Of a DNA stretch of 64,000 nt, positions 51,542 through 64,000 are shown piece after piece (position 1 is the stretch's first letter; every line of letters starts with the position of its first letter). The DNA is from Heptranchias perlo. Taxonomy: Eukaryota. The stretch is taken from NCBI RefSeq assembly GCF_035084215.1, contig NC_090350.1:15872001-15936000 (forward strand), read 5' to 3'. Under the pieces are notes generated by a model, which was not told the DNA's origin, did not search any database, and saw only the letters and a program-made list of their open reading frames with translations. The position numbers were made by a program, and so were the translations under genes.

Positions 51542-54500
51542 ATGATCCCCCCAATAGACTCACTGTTGAAATATGACCATCCACTGCTCGTCAGCAGGAA
51601 TACAGAGAAAAAGTCCGCCAAGGTGAGGGGAGGCTGACTTGGCAGTTTTAACCCTGTAATACACCCCCATGGCTCTGGCTAGTGTTGGTCCCCCCGCCCC
51701 TCCAACCTTGCCCATGGTTGTGTTTTGGTATAGCTTTCCCTCTCTGGTCCCTGCCCATGTGAGCCTGGTCTGTACTGAGTTCACTGACCTCAGCGGGCCC
51801 AATAAGTTCACAATTGGCCTCGACGCTCCTGGGTTAAGGAAGGTTAAATTGGCCAGCCTTCCGCTCCTGACCACGATCCAGTGACTCCTACTGGAAGTGC
51901 ATGTGTGAGGTTGGACAAGAACAGATTGGGAGCAGCTGTGTTTACTCACCCCCCAAACTGTCAAATAACTCACCAACAAAGTGCGTCTGTCACAACCCCT
52001 CCGGCCCAATGCTCAGAGACACCGTCAACTGCTGCCTTTCCATAGGCATTACTCCCTCTGCTCTATTCAGAACTGCCCTGATTCTTAACCCGTCCATCCT
52101 CTCAAGCTACTGTCTCATTCCCAATCAAATTTTCATCTAAGATTTTGCAGCGTTGTCACCAGCCAACTCCATGCGCACCTCTCTCTCTTTGAATCCCTTA
52201 AGTCCAGCTTCCATCCTGCCCTGAGCACTGAGACTATCCTAGCCAAAGTCACCAACGACATCCTGTGTGCCTGTGACCACTGAGCATCATCCTTTCTCAT
52301 CTCTGGCTTTTGACCTCCTTCACTGCATTTCTTCCATGGCACTGCCTGCCCCAACATGGCCAGTACATCTCCTACAATGGCTGATCCTCTTGTGCCTGCA
52401 CGGTACAGCCTAACACCCCACTGGTCTGAGTCCAAGACAGAAAGATTAAGGACTGGCACAATATGAAGCCGTCATGACTACTGCCAGGAGACTGGGTACA
52501 GACTCTATCCCTGCATTATTTGCTGTCTGTGGTCACACACTAGCTGAATGTTCAAAGAGTGGAATCCCTTCCTGTTATAAAACATGGCTGGTTTGTGATG
52601 GGGAGAATGCAAGGCAACCTGTGTGCTGTCAATGAGGCCTTGCACCTGGGCAAATTCAGTGATGCAGGCAAATCCAGGCATTTTCTCCTCCTGATCAGCA
52701 GTCTCTTTGGGGAAGGTGATGTATTGCTCTATCCATGCAAAGAGGGAATCAGTCACCTACTTGATGGCCGCATCAACAACAAACTGACTGAAGTTGCTGT
52801 CGTTACCTGTTACCAGTGTGGCGGTGGCCACATGTGGTGTGCTCTTCTGGTGCGGGATGTCAGACTGCAAAATTTGTAAATGCTGAATTTGCGCTCTAAA
52901 AATCGTCGGGACGCGAAGGAATTTTTACCCCAGCTCCTCCAAAAACGCAGCACTGCCTTAGTACCAGCTTAGACGATATACTGAATACCTGGGGTGGGGT
53001 TTGAGCCACGAGTCCTGCCAACTGTGCTAAACTACCATAACAGGCAAATTTTCATTGCTTAGATTTCTTTGTGCTGGACAGATTTTTTTTTTGTTAGTCT
53101 GATAATGAGAAAGATTTTACGTTAGCATTGATCACAAATATTAACTTTCTCTATTGTGTCAGTTTTAAGATAAAATACTGGGACAGAGCCAATTAAAGTA
53201 CATCCAGTGGTGCAGCATATAGTTGTAATGTGCTGTAAAATGTCACTAAAAATCAATAAATGGATTCATTCTGCGCTGGGCTTTTTGTTCAGCTGACACC
53301 TCAGTTCAGAAATAGCCATCTTGAACAGGAGCGGTCCAAGTTTTTTTTGTTTAGTTTTGAAAGTAACATTCCTGGAACACAGAACTGTCAGAGATTAGTA
53401 CCTGCTGGAGATTCCAATACACCGTAGGTCAGTGTTGCACCGCACAATTTAATTTGCCTTTTTATCTATTATAGGCTCGTCCCTTGAAGGTGAGTCCCCA
53501 GCAGCCTATGTCCACATCACCAGTTCCAAGTCCTCCAAAAACCAAACCACTTTCAATAGACGTCAGCAAGCAGACTGAGGAGATTTTAAATGCAATTTTG
53601 CCACCCAGGTAAAACAACATAACTTCTCTCACAAATCAATAGGCACTTAATAGGGAAATTTGAAGATTCCAGTCGCAAAAAAATTGCATTACATTTTACA
53701 AATAATGTTATTGTATTGGTTGATAATGTTTTGCAAGTTAATTTCATTACAGCTCTTTCCGGCATTAGTATCTCGTGGAGAGGATATTTCACAGAATTGG
53801 AGTAAACATTGAGTCCCAGAGCTAATGTTTTGAACCCAACCTCTATAAAAATGCATTGTATTTTGTGTCAAACAGGAGACTTTTTACCCACTGGTTTTAT
53901 TCTATAGTTGTTAACTACCACAAGAGTGGTACAAACCGCAGTATTACTGTGTACTGATACTGTGGACTTCTGAGTGTCTGAAGAAGGATTTTATAAATTC
54001 GAGGCTTGGAGTATCGCAGGTTTTGTCCTCTTGTGTGCCACCACCGTTCCCTCTAAACTGCGTGCGTGCGCGACCGCACAACAGTCTGTTGTATGCCGCG
54101 CACTTAAACATTCCGTCCGCACATCAAACCAGTGCTATCTGATTTGTGTCGAATTAGCTGATATCAGCAGTGGGAGCACTGCCTGTGATTCACTGTCTCC
54201 CCGGGGCGAGGGTTTCTCTTCGTGATCATTATCGAGTGACCCCAACTGAAAGCTGTGGACGGCCGGCGGGTGATGGAAGATTGGATCAGTCTGTCCTCAG
54301 TGGTCAGATACCTTGCTGACGTTCACTGCCTGGGTGCACCTGTAGAGAATGGCTGGTGGGTGAAGCACTGGAGGGTTTTCTGTGGCACTTTCGGCCGGTG
54401 AGAGTCGACACCTTCAGAAGAGGGAGAGAGAAACTTACAAGGGCAAACGAAGAGTCGGCCCAGGCAGGTTTGGAAGTCTCACGATAACCCGGGCTGCTCT

Positions 54501-57500
54501 GTAACGAGGTTTAACAGTAGACAGCGAGAGGTCAGTCGTCCTGAGTCAGTCTGGCTTGTAAAGATATTTGGTTACATGGCAGTGTGTACCATCCACAGGA
54601 TGCACTGCAGCAACTCGCCAAGGCTTCTTTGACAGCACCTCCCAAACCCACGACCTCTACCACCTAGAAGGACAAGAGCAGCTGGCACATGGGAACAACA
54701 CCACCTGCACATTCCCCTCCAAGTCACACACCATCCCGACTTGGAAATATATCGCCGTTCCTTCATCGTTGCTGGGTCAAAATCCTGGAACTCCCTTCCT
54801 AACAGCACTGTGGGAGAACCTTCACCACACAGACTGCAGCGGTTCAAGAAGGCGGCTCACCACAACCTTCTCAAGGGCAATTAGAGATAGGCAATAAATG
54901 CCGGCCTCGCCAGCGACGCCCATATCCCATGAGCGAATAAAAAAAAAACTAGCTGAGTGCGATCCTGTGTGACACAAGTCGGCTGTTCCCCACTATCAGC
55001 ACTGCTCCGTTAACCCATCACTCAAGACTTGGCAGCGCTCCTGTATTTGCACAGGGAATCGCTGGCTTCTTAAAGAGACAGTGCCCTTAGCGGTGTACAA
55101 CTGATGTTTGTGTGAATCTTCAGTAACACAGGGACAATGGAATTGCTCCCCTCCTGCCTGTGAGATACCTTTAATTCACAGAACTACAAGCAGGGAGACT
55201 CTAAACTAGACATTTAGAACAATTTTGGCCATTAACAGGACATTTCAAATGCACAAAGTCAAATCTGAATGGCTGACTGGTAATAAATGATTGTTTTATA
55301 GAATGTGCTGCCTCTGGTCAGGGATTGTTACAGGAGGTGGTCATTGTGGATCTGTACAGGCCCCAAGATTCTGTATAGCATTCATGTCAGCTGTGGCTCA
55401 GTGGATAGCACTCTTGGCTCTGAGTCAAAAGCCCGTGGGTTCGAGTCCAACTCCAGAGACTTGAGTACATAATCCAGGCTGACACTCCAGTGCTGCACTG
55501 TCAGAGGTGCTGTCCTCTGGATGAGTCGTTAAACTGAGGCTGTCCTCTCGGATAATTTAAAAAAAAAATCCCATGACGCTTTTTGAAGAGCAGGGGAGTT
55601 CTCCCCGGTGTCCTGGCCAATATTTATCCCTCAACCAAAATCATTAAAACAGATTATCTGGTCATTATCCCATTGCTGTTTGTGCACAAATTGGCTGCCG
55701 CGTTTCCTACATTACAACAGTGACTACTTCAAAAGTACTTAATTGGTTGTAAAGCACTTTGGCACGTCTAGAGGTCACGGAAGGTGCTATCTAAGTGCAA
55801 GTCCTTACATTTCCTTTCCTTAAATATACAACTTCAACCTTTGGAAACAAATGGGGAAACAGTGTGCATGACCAAACTGCACCCTGCCTTACATAGAGGC
55901 AACAAAACTAATGAGACCTGCAAGATGTACAATTGCAATGCAATAATTTTTTAATCCCTGCTGAGGATTCAATGGAGGGGGGGGAGCGCTTTAATTAAAC
56001 TGTTTCCTATTCCCAAATTCACACTGACTTATTTGACAGCTGTTTTATATTTCGGACTCAATTTAAAAATTCTGATTGCACACGATTTATTTCTGTTTGA
56101 ATTGGAGTCATTAAGCTGATTCAACAAAAAGCTGATTGGAATCGTTCCCATCAGATAATTTTTAATAAAATATAACGAGATTGGTCTGCTCAATCCTACT
56201 GCAACTTAAGAAACCCATTTCATAAATTATATAAATTTATCAGCCAATATAACATTAAATTGTTAGAATTATGCATTATTTTGTACATTTCTTCTGTTTG
56301 TTATATACCCTGAATAATGTTTTACAAAAAAGATGTTCAGTTCAGGGTTGTGATTTTTTTTTACGGTGGTGCACAAATCCAAGTTCAAACCGCACATGGC
56401 CGAAAAAAATTAGAGGGAACATTGTGTGCCACCCAGATGACGTAGACCTAATATAACTGTACGTTCTATTATCCCCAATATCAGCAACATAAATGTGTCA
56501 TGTGAATATCTGGACAGTGAATGTTAAAAGAAAGACAAGACAGCCGAGCTCAATCCCAGCCGCATGCAATATCTAGACAGGCATACTTTCCAGCGGTGCC
56601 AATGGATTATGATTAGAAGCTCGAACCTTGGCAGCCCAAAAGGCAAAAGAAATTGCATTTATATAGCACCTTATCACGTCCTGGCCAACCTCCCATCCAC
56701 CACTCTCCATAAACTTGAATTCATCCAAAATTCTGCTGCCCGTATCCTAACCTACACCAAGTCTTGATCACCCATCTGCTCACTGACCAACATTGTCTCC
56801 CGGTTCATCAACGCATCGATTTTAAAATTCTCATCATCATTTTCAAATCCCTCCACAGACTCACCCCTCCCTATCTCTGTAACCTCCTCCACTCCTACAA
56901 CCTTCTAAGAACTCTCTGTTCCTCCAACTCTGGCCTCGTGCATATCCCAATCCCTTCGCCCCACCATTGATGGCCGTGCTTTCAGCTGTCTCGGCCCTAG
57001 GCACTGGAACTCCCTCCCTAAACCTCTCAGTCTCTCTCTCCTCCTTTAAGAGCCTCCTTAATACCTACCTCTTTGACCAAGCTTTTAATCACTTGTCCTA
57101 ATGTCTCCTTCCTTGGCTCGCTGTCAAAATTGTTGTCTGATTAAGCTCCTGTGAAGTGCCTTGGTATATTTTCCTATGTTAAGGTGCTATACAAATACAA
57201 GTAGTTGTTGGTTGAGGGAGGAAAATTGGCCAGAATACCAAGAGAACTCACTGCTCCTCTTCGAAAAGTGCCATGGCATCTTTTACATTCACCTGAACAG
57301 GCAGATGAAGCCTTGGTTTAATGTCTCATCGCAAAGGTGGCACCTCAAAAAATGCAGCACACGTTACTATTGCACTGGATTGTCAGCCTAGATTACATGC
57401 TCAGGTCCGGGAGTGAGACTTGAATCTACAACTAGAGGCTAGAGTGCTACCAACCAGGCCAAGATAATACCCTACTGCCACCTCAGATGAGAACAGCTAA

Positions 57501-60500
57501 CGCTGCACAGTTTAGGATTTGAACCATACACCTTCTGGTCCATATGGCTCAGTTACAACTGAGGCTTTGGGGAGCAAAATTTAAAAACCTTTCCCTACTT
57601 ATAAAAGGAAGGCAAAAGCAAAGTGATAGTGGTTTAATATCCAAGCTCTTTCACTCACTTGGCGGCAAGGTGAAACCATTAAATATTTTTGTTTCAAATA
57701 ACGGGTATAACAGTGCTCACTAAGTACTTAAATTCCCAACAGCTACATCAGAATACATTATTACAGTGAACAAGCAGCAGCATCCAAAAAATAATCAGAT
57801 TAAAAAATATGGCTATGAAAAAGACTGAAACATGTGAGCATGCAACACTATGTTTACAATGCTCGTTCCCATCCCTCAGCTAAAATTCAATGAACAGAAC
57901 AAGGGAGTTTGACTTCCCCAAGAACCTGTCCGACTGCCAGCCACGATAGAGCCAAGTAATTAAACTTTCAGTTGAAGCCTGTAGGTACACAACAATTCAC
58001 AAATATTTTAAATGGTACTGCAGTACACATACATACTATTTATTTTAAAATAGTCCTGCTGGGAAATTAGAATAAATTGGAGCAGAACTGTTAGCTACAA
58101 AATGTGAAGCACACTGATTCACTGGGAAAAAACACATAACTTATATACTATAATTAAATGACCAATTCTAAAAAGATTCATATTTTTTCTTAGTGTCACT
58201 TCTTCTATGATGCCATGATGTGATCTATCACCCTTAACCTTGCTAAGTATTTCTCACTTTAATTTCTTTTGCTAATCAGTCTACATGAGGCACAGGTTAA
58301 TCTGGCCCCCCAAGCTTTGTACAACTAATCATATTAGCTTGTTTCATGAGAGTTTCTAGAGTTTAAATAACATTGGTAGTCCCTTTGTTTCTCTTCGCTC
58401 ACCACCCCCTCCCCCCACCCTGCCTCCCCTTTGCTGTGCTAGAAAAGTGGAGATGGAGGATAGGTTGTGGCTTTCTATGAACAGTAACTTGAATTTCAAT
58501 AACTTCAAAACACAGCAGATGGACTGGAAAGCAGTAACCTAGAAACTGCCCTTTCACCCTTGAGAATTGATATTGATCCATTGGGTGAATTACTCCTTTC
58601 GCTGTTGGCTTTAAGAGTCTCAACCCAGTCCCCAATGGTTATAAAGCCACAGCAAAGAACTGTTCGTAATCTGTTACTGGATTGGCATTCTCACTCAAGA
58701 TATCACAAGGATGGCTGATTAGCGAAACCAGTGCTCTTCTAAGATGGAGTTGAGGCACAACTGTTGGGGTAGGATGGAGAGAGCTTTACTGTGCATCTGT
58801 TCTATGCTATACCAACCTGACGTGAGAGTGTTCAATCCTGACACTGTGTTTAAAAATACTCCAATTCCAGGACTGACCTTGAAGGACACAAAAACTTACA
58901 AAAACATTGAATGTACTGGATGCACAGTGGGAGTTGGTGGACAGTGAGGGAAAAGATGCAAAACAGACACAAAGCAATTCCCAGAGGGAGAGAAAGATAC
59001 ATGCACAGTGCTAGTTCATTAGTGCTATAACCCTGGGCCAATTTATGTTGTGTTGCAGAGAATGGACGGAAAACGCACAGCTGTGGGTTCAGCAGGTATC
59101 CAGCACTCCCTGCACTCGGATCGATGTTGTCCATCTGCAGGAACAACTAGATCTCAAGCTGCAGCAGCGGCAAGCTCGAGAGACTGGAATTTGCCCAGTC
59201 CGCAGGGAGCTCTACTCGCAATGTTTTGGTAAGTCTCTGCAGGACTGCTCATCTTTTGCTTAATTAATAAATAAATGCGTAAATATTAAGAACAATTATT
59301 CAGTAATTTGACTTCTGTTACAGAAGTTCTCATCATCAGAATCCCTTCCTGTCACCCGCAAAAACAAAAATCTAACACACATACTGCACAGTTTAGGCAA
59401 TGCGTACAGAAGCAAATTGCCCACACAGATTTAAAATTGTGGTTTTTATTGGCAGGGGATTGCCGCAAACAAGAGGAGCCACATGTCAGAATCAGGTCAC
59501 TAACCCAGCTGCCGGTATTTAGCTACAGCTATTTGTATGTACCTGAATCGGCACTGGTTTGAGACTTGCCCGTGAGGTGGGTCTTGTTTCCACCTGTACC
59601 AATCACTGGAGGGGTTTACAGCAGCTAAAGGAGGTCTTCTTGTGTCCACTAACTCAACATCTATGTTACCACTATGACTAATGACGTTTAATTAAACAAG
59701 TAACCCCTAGTTTTTTTTCTTCCAATTTTCTCTTGGGAATACACTCACATGTGGTCCTGTACAGTTCCGTATGCATGGATAACCCTTAGGTACGTCATGT
59801 GTGAGCTGTGACAATAAGCAAGCTATTCAATTGTATGAGGCATCATAGCCAAACCCTGACTACAGTTTCTTAAAGTGGAACAGTATTCCATTGAATCGTC
59901 ATATTATCTTAAATGTAATAAAAGGCATGTATAGAAGCACTAAAAACGTGCCCACATTCCATATTAACGTGTTTATACTTAAAAACAACTCAGAATTAAA
60001 CTAAGACTGGGAATAGACACTTTATATGGACTGACCTGTGATGCAACGTCATGAAGTTCTGCTCCTGTGACATCAATGGGGAATGTGGGCTGTGTAAGGC
60101 ATAAAACGGCATTTTTTTCTGAGTTGCATTGTCTTTTTACATTCATAGATGAACTGATCAGACAGGTCACCATCAACTGTGCCGAGCGTGGATTACTGTT
60201 GTTGAGAGTCCGCGATGAGATCCGTATGACCATTTCTGCCTATCAGACATTATACGAAAGCAGTGTAGCTTTTGGGATGAGGAAAGCTCTGCAAGCAGAA
60301 GAGGGCAAAACTGATATGGAGAAAAAGGTAAAAATTTGTTGGTTAAAAGTTATCAGTCAGTGGTCCATGTGAGTGGATTGGTAATTTAAAACAATCTGAT
60401 TTTTAGTTTATCACTATTATTAACATACTTCTGCTTGTCCGAGTGTTGTTTACTGCACTTAAGGGAATAGCATTGCCCAGTCAGTACTTCTCAGAAGAAT

Positions 60501-61846
60501 AGCTAATATTGTGTAGTAGCCCAGTACAAACCATACTGGGCTTAAAAAGATAGAAAAATAACCAACATTTACCTTGCTAAACATCTTTAAATATTTCTTT
60601 CTCTGTAAGCGGGATCTAAGGAGTCAGTGTCTGCAAGTACTCTACTACAGTAATAAAATGTTTGAGATTGGAATTTTACTTCATTAACCATTCCAGTTCA
60701 AAGGCATAATAATATTTTCTGATCATGTATTTTCCCCTTGCTAGATCATTGATTTGGAATCAGAAAAGAAAGAACTGGAGAGACAGCTGAACGAGCAGAA
60801 AGCGAAGTCTGAAGCGATTGAGAAGCGGGAGAATGAAAGGCGGCAAGTGGAGGAGAAGAAGCACGCAGAGGAAATACAGTTTCTCAAACGAACCAATCAG
60901 CAGCTTAAGGTGAGCAAAACAAGTTAAACTGTTGCTGACATCTTAGAATTAAAACTGGTTAGTCAAAGTATCCAGAGATACCATTGATATTTTGTCGGTT
61001 GCAACTTTCATATCATCCATTGGTAATGTTTACTGAATGTTGTAAAATAGATTTAGTGCCTTCTGTAAATCCTTATTTCATGGTACATTAAAAGAAATGG
61101 AATTTTCTGGTTTAGTTACCTGTCTACATACAGTATCAGGGTTGCATTTCCCCAATTTTGGGGTCACCTTGCAGCAATTACTGTCCAGGATTCTGCATGT
61201 ACTAAATTCCAAATCTTGGCCAGGTGACTGAGGAAGTGAGGACTACTGGATCTCGTAAATTCACCAACCTTTGATTGGTTGATTGTGTGACTAACCAAAA
61301 TGAAAAGATGGGGCGATCAATTCAATATTGTTATGGGACAGAACAATATTACAAAGTTCCCAGTTTACTCCCCTCGGAACATTAGTTAACAATCTCATAT
61401 CATCATCAGCTGTCCTACATGTTGATGTTCTTCTCCTTGGCTGTTGATCACAAGGTTCACTGCTTTAAGTTATTAAAATATGGTGGCCTAGGTTTTCAAA
61501 TTGTAACGATAACGGTGACCTATTCAGTGTAAATAGGTTACTGTCAGCATTACAATTGGAAACTTTTGAGCTTGTATGTTCCTTTAAATCAGTATCAGTT
61601 CAATTTATATAATTGGGTATCATGATTTTTAAAAGTCTCAATCTAATTAAATACTTGAAGGTATACATATGATTGGGGTTTATTAGCATGTCATGCTAGT
61701 GCTGTGCTTGTGCTCTCAAAGGATTGTTGCCCAGATATAGTGTATTGTATGTGGTACTTGTTTCCAAAAAGCAAAATCAGTTACAAAATGATTTTTTTTT
61801 CTTGTTCTAGGCACAACTGGAAGGCATAATTTCTCCAAGGAAATGA
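51542..61846 (+). CDS. DNALI1: Axonemal dynein light intermediate chain 1 (p28), spliced CDS, 254 aa
   Basis: Exons 51542-51622 (MIPPIDSLLKYDHPLLVSRNTEKKSAK), 53475-53608, 59059-59228 (EWTENAQLWVQQVSSTP...RQARETGICPVRRELYSQCF), 60149-60327 (DELIRQVTINCAERGLLLLRVRDE...), 60745-60909, 61811-61846 (AQLEGIISPRK*). GT-AG, phases consistent, 765 nt. Confidence 0.97.
52450..52760 (-). mobile_element. PIF/Harbinger transposase remnant (DDE_Tnp_4-like)
   Basis: VQGLIDSTQV...FYNRKGFHSLNIQLVCDH, followed after a break by SPGSSHDGFILCQS. These are hallmark Harbinger motifs. Confidence 0.85.
54577..54948 (+). mobile_element. Short 3' fragment of the same LINE family with A-tail
   Basis: Reverse complement of 34680-35040, ending GAATAAAAAAAAAA. 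Confidence 0.85.
55386..55803 (+). mobile_element. tRNA-derived Deu-domain SINE, near full length, nested in the hAT element
   Basis: GTCAGCTGTGGCTCAGTGG head, GGGTTCGAGTCC B box, body and tail. Confidence 0.82.
56677..57205 (+). mobile_element. L2-clade LINE 3' fragment
   Basis: IQNSAARIL...HCLPVHQRIDFKIL...PPYLCNLL motif and an L2-type tail. Confidence 0.8.
61486..61570. repeat. Imperfect palindrome of about 85 bp (MITE-like) in DNALI1 intron 5
   Basis: GTTTTCAAATTGTAACGATAACGGTGACCTATT versus AATAGGTTACTGTCAGCATTACAATTGGAAAC. Confidence 0.5.
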
Positions 61847-62134
61847 AACAGTTGCATTTTCTCTCCAGTACAATCTTTTGAGCATACTATGCATTCACAA
61901 TATATTACTGTAATTTAAACAGTATACAAGTTACTACACAGGCAAAGGTTTCTGCCTATTGAATAGAATCTCAATGATCTAAAGGCTAGTCGTAGAAATA
62001 GGGCCGAGACACGTTCAATGCATAAATACAATGTTATATGTGAGTACAATATATAATTTATTTAGCAAGTGTCACTGACAATGTTATGTTTTCAGCACAT
62101 TCACCATGATACTAAAAAACACTCCAGTGCCAGG

Positions 62135-62140
62135 AATAAA
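62135..62140 (+). terminator. Candidate DNALI1 polyadenylation signal (alternative AATAAA at 62801-62806)
   Basis: First AATAAA I found downstream of the stop codon. Confidence 0.4.
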
Positions 62141-63089
62141 TTTACTACAGTAACAACTCCAGAGCTAGTTTTAATTAAAACCCTTTCATTCAAAAGTATT
62201 GATGATAATTAACCTTTTTCAGGTCTGTCCAATTGTCAGTATCAGTAAATCTTTCAACTCAATAGGGGGAAGCATGTGTGCAATCAGCACAGAGTAAAAA
62301 AAAACCACCAAAAAGACATAGATAAAAAGTACATCATTTTTTTTAAAAAAGGAGTACTGATAGTGGCAACAGTTAATTCATTTGTTCCTTGAAGTGCTGT
62401 TTGAGGTCTCGCTTTGTTTCCTGAGAAAATATTAGATGTTAATCTCCAGTGAACTTAGAGACTCCATGTAGCTGTAACAAGTGACCTCACAATAGCAGTG
62501 TGCAGAAAATGGTTAACAAAAAAACCCCTAAAAAAACACATCAACTACTGATCAGATTACAACTCCTTTGGGATTTACAAGGGAGTAAAAAGCGACAATT
62601 ATTCATCCCCTTTTAGTTCTTTAGGCATTGAGCTACTGTTCTATACATTATATTTTCCTTTAACTACAATACATTATTCTGTGTTGTGTATTTTCATTAC
62701 TGAATAATTTTTCAAATTCCACTTGACATTGCAGTACTAATTTTGCTGTAAATTTTAGACTTAAAATGTGTTCTGTTCTAAAAGCAGCAATGTTTCATGA
62801 AATAAATTACTTAAACTATTCAACATGTTCTAAGTCATCTTACTTCAATAATCAGAAAAAGTTCAATGCAAATAATGTATAGCAGCTTTTTGTAATTTAA
62901 AAAAAATCTTTAAACTATCACTAATATTGATTGGTGGCTTATGGATTAATATCTAAATTTATGAAGATCCAAGAATACTCCATCCAAAAAGTGGGATTGT
63001 AGATATTATTTGTTCACAATTCACAATTTACATTAACGATTTGGATACGGGAATCGGAAGTACAATTTCAAAATTTGCGGACGACACCA

Positions 63090-64000
63090 AATTTGGGGGG
63101 TGTAGTTAATACGTAGGAAGAATGCGTCAAAATGCAAGAGGACATTAATAATCTTGCAGAATGGGGTTATAATTGGCAAATGAATTTCAATATAGGTAAG
63201 TGTGAGATGGTGCATTTTGGTAGGAAGAATAAGGAGGCCACCATATTGCTTGGATAATAAGTCTAAATAGGACAGAGAAGCAAAGGGATCTAGGAGTACA
63301 GCTACACACATCATTAAAAAGTAGCAACACAAGTTAATAAGGCCATTAAAAAAAAGGAAAATCAAGCACTGGGATTCATTTCTAGAGAGATAGAATTGAA
63401 AAGCAAAGAAGTTATGTTAAACTTGTATAGAAATAAGAACAGAAAATGCTGGAGAAGCTCAGCAAGTCAGGCAGCATCCGTGGAGAAAGAAACAGAGTTA
63501 ATGTTTCAGGTTGAAGACCTTTCGTCAGAACTGGAAGATATTAAAAGAGTTAAAGTTTTTGAACAAGTACAGAGCCAGGGAAAGGGGGGGGGGGGTGGGG
63601 AGGGAGGGGAGGAAAGAACAAAAGGGAAGGTCTGTGATAGGATAGAGGGCACGAGTGATTAAATGACAAAAGGGATGATGGTGCAAGGCAAGGAAGGCGC
63701 TAGCTGACCGAAAAAATGGGAGCAGTGGTTATGATCTGAAGTTATTGAAATCAATGTAGAGTCTGGAAGATTGTAAAGTGTATAGAAACTTGGTTAGACC
63801 ACAGGGAGTATTGTGCAGAGTTCTGGTCTCCATATTATAGAAAGGATGTAGAGGCATTGGAGAGGGCTCAAAAAAGATTCATAAGGATGATAGCAGAACT
63901 GAGAAGATATACTTATCAGGAAAGACTAAACAGGCTGGGGCTCTTTTCTCTAGAAGAGGGCTGAGGGATGACCTAATAGAAGCCTCTAAGATAATGATAG
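63090..64000 (+). mobile_element. Degraded CR1 RT fragment, interrupted by the Penelope fragment and running off the window
   Basis: KFADDTK-like start (aaaatttgcggacgacaccaaa, just upstream at ~63070), then KSKEVMLNLY|RNLVRP...YCAEFWSPYYRKDV. Confidence 0.8.
63434..63778 (-). mobile_element. Penelope 3' fragment (family 2): GIY-YIG C-terminus remnant plus hammerhead motif
   Basis: Minus strand encodes TLQSSRLYIDFNNFRS*, like the GTLxPxGLNxxF end of Penelope ORFs. Core CTGACGA...GAAA at about 63496-63533. 10-bp TSD TGTATAGAAA at 63424-63433 and 63779-63788. Confidence 0.8.

Larger units (their letters stand above)
54042..56424. mobile_element. Non-autonomous hAT-type DNA transposon in DNALI1 intron 2 with nested insertions
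   Basis: TIRs CACCGTTCCCTCTAA (54042-54056) and TTAGAGGGAACATTG (56410-56424) match at 13 of 15 positions. 8-bp TSD TGTGCCAC at 54034-54041 and 56425-56432. Confidence 0.75.

Noticed and set aside
48514-51621. Minus-strand ORFs of 1035, 972, 294 and 179 aa (SLSLYPGLSR repeats)
   Set aside because: The CT-rich strand of the minisatellite has almost no stop codons in any frame. The ORFs cross an N gap and have no domain content, so they are artefacts.

Overview
Vertebrate nuclear DNA, most likely from a cartilaginous fish (inferred from the SINE, CR1 and Penelope repeat families). It is not prokaryotic, and there is no CRISPR array, rRNA or true tRNA. I reconstructed three complete spliced genes by hand from GT-AG boundaries and phase. 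MEAF6 (minus, CDS 16284-28609, 192 aa) also has a 30-nt alternative microexon. SNIP1 (minus, 33584-38945) encodes 366 aa and DNALI1 (plus, 51542-61846) encodes 254 aa. This is the same gene order as human 1p34.3. The rest is dense in repeats: a young CR1 LINE with an intact APE-RT ORF2, many CR1/L2 fragments, tRNA-derived Deu-type SINEs, Harbinger remnants, a 2.4-kb hAT element with TSD, two Penelope-derived families with hammerhead ribozyme cores, and two minisatellites around the DNALI1 promoter (one next to a 192-N gap). Four observations stand out. (1) The CR1 ORF1/ORF2 junction has a U_UUA_AAC slippery heptamer and ORF2 has no ATG before its endonuclease domain, which suggests -1 frameshifting. 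(2) Short TSD-flanked palindromic Penelope insertions occur, one with a hammerhead core as its loop and one splitting a CTCF-like array in the MEAF6 promoter. (3) A ~2.9-kb GA-rich array separates an RFX X-box core promoter from the DNALI1 ATG. (4) The MEAF6 microexon retains SRRM4-type and RBFOX-type motifs. Repeat boundaries without a TSD are approximate, and family names come from recalled motifs, not database searches.
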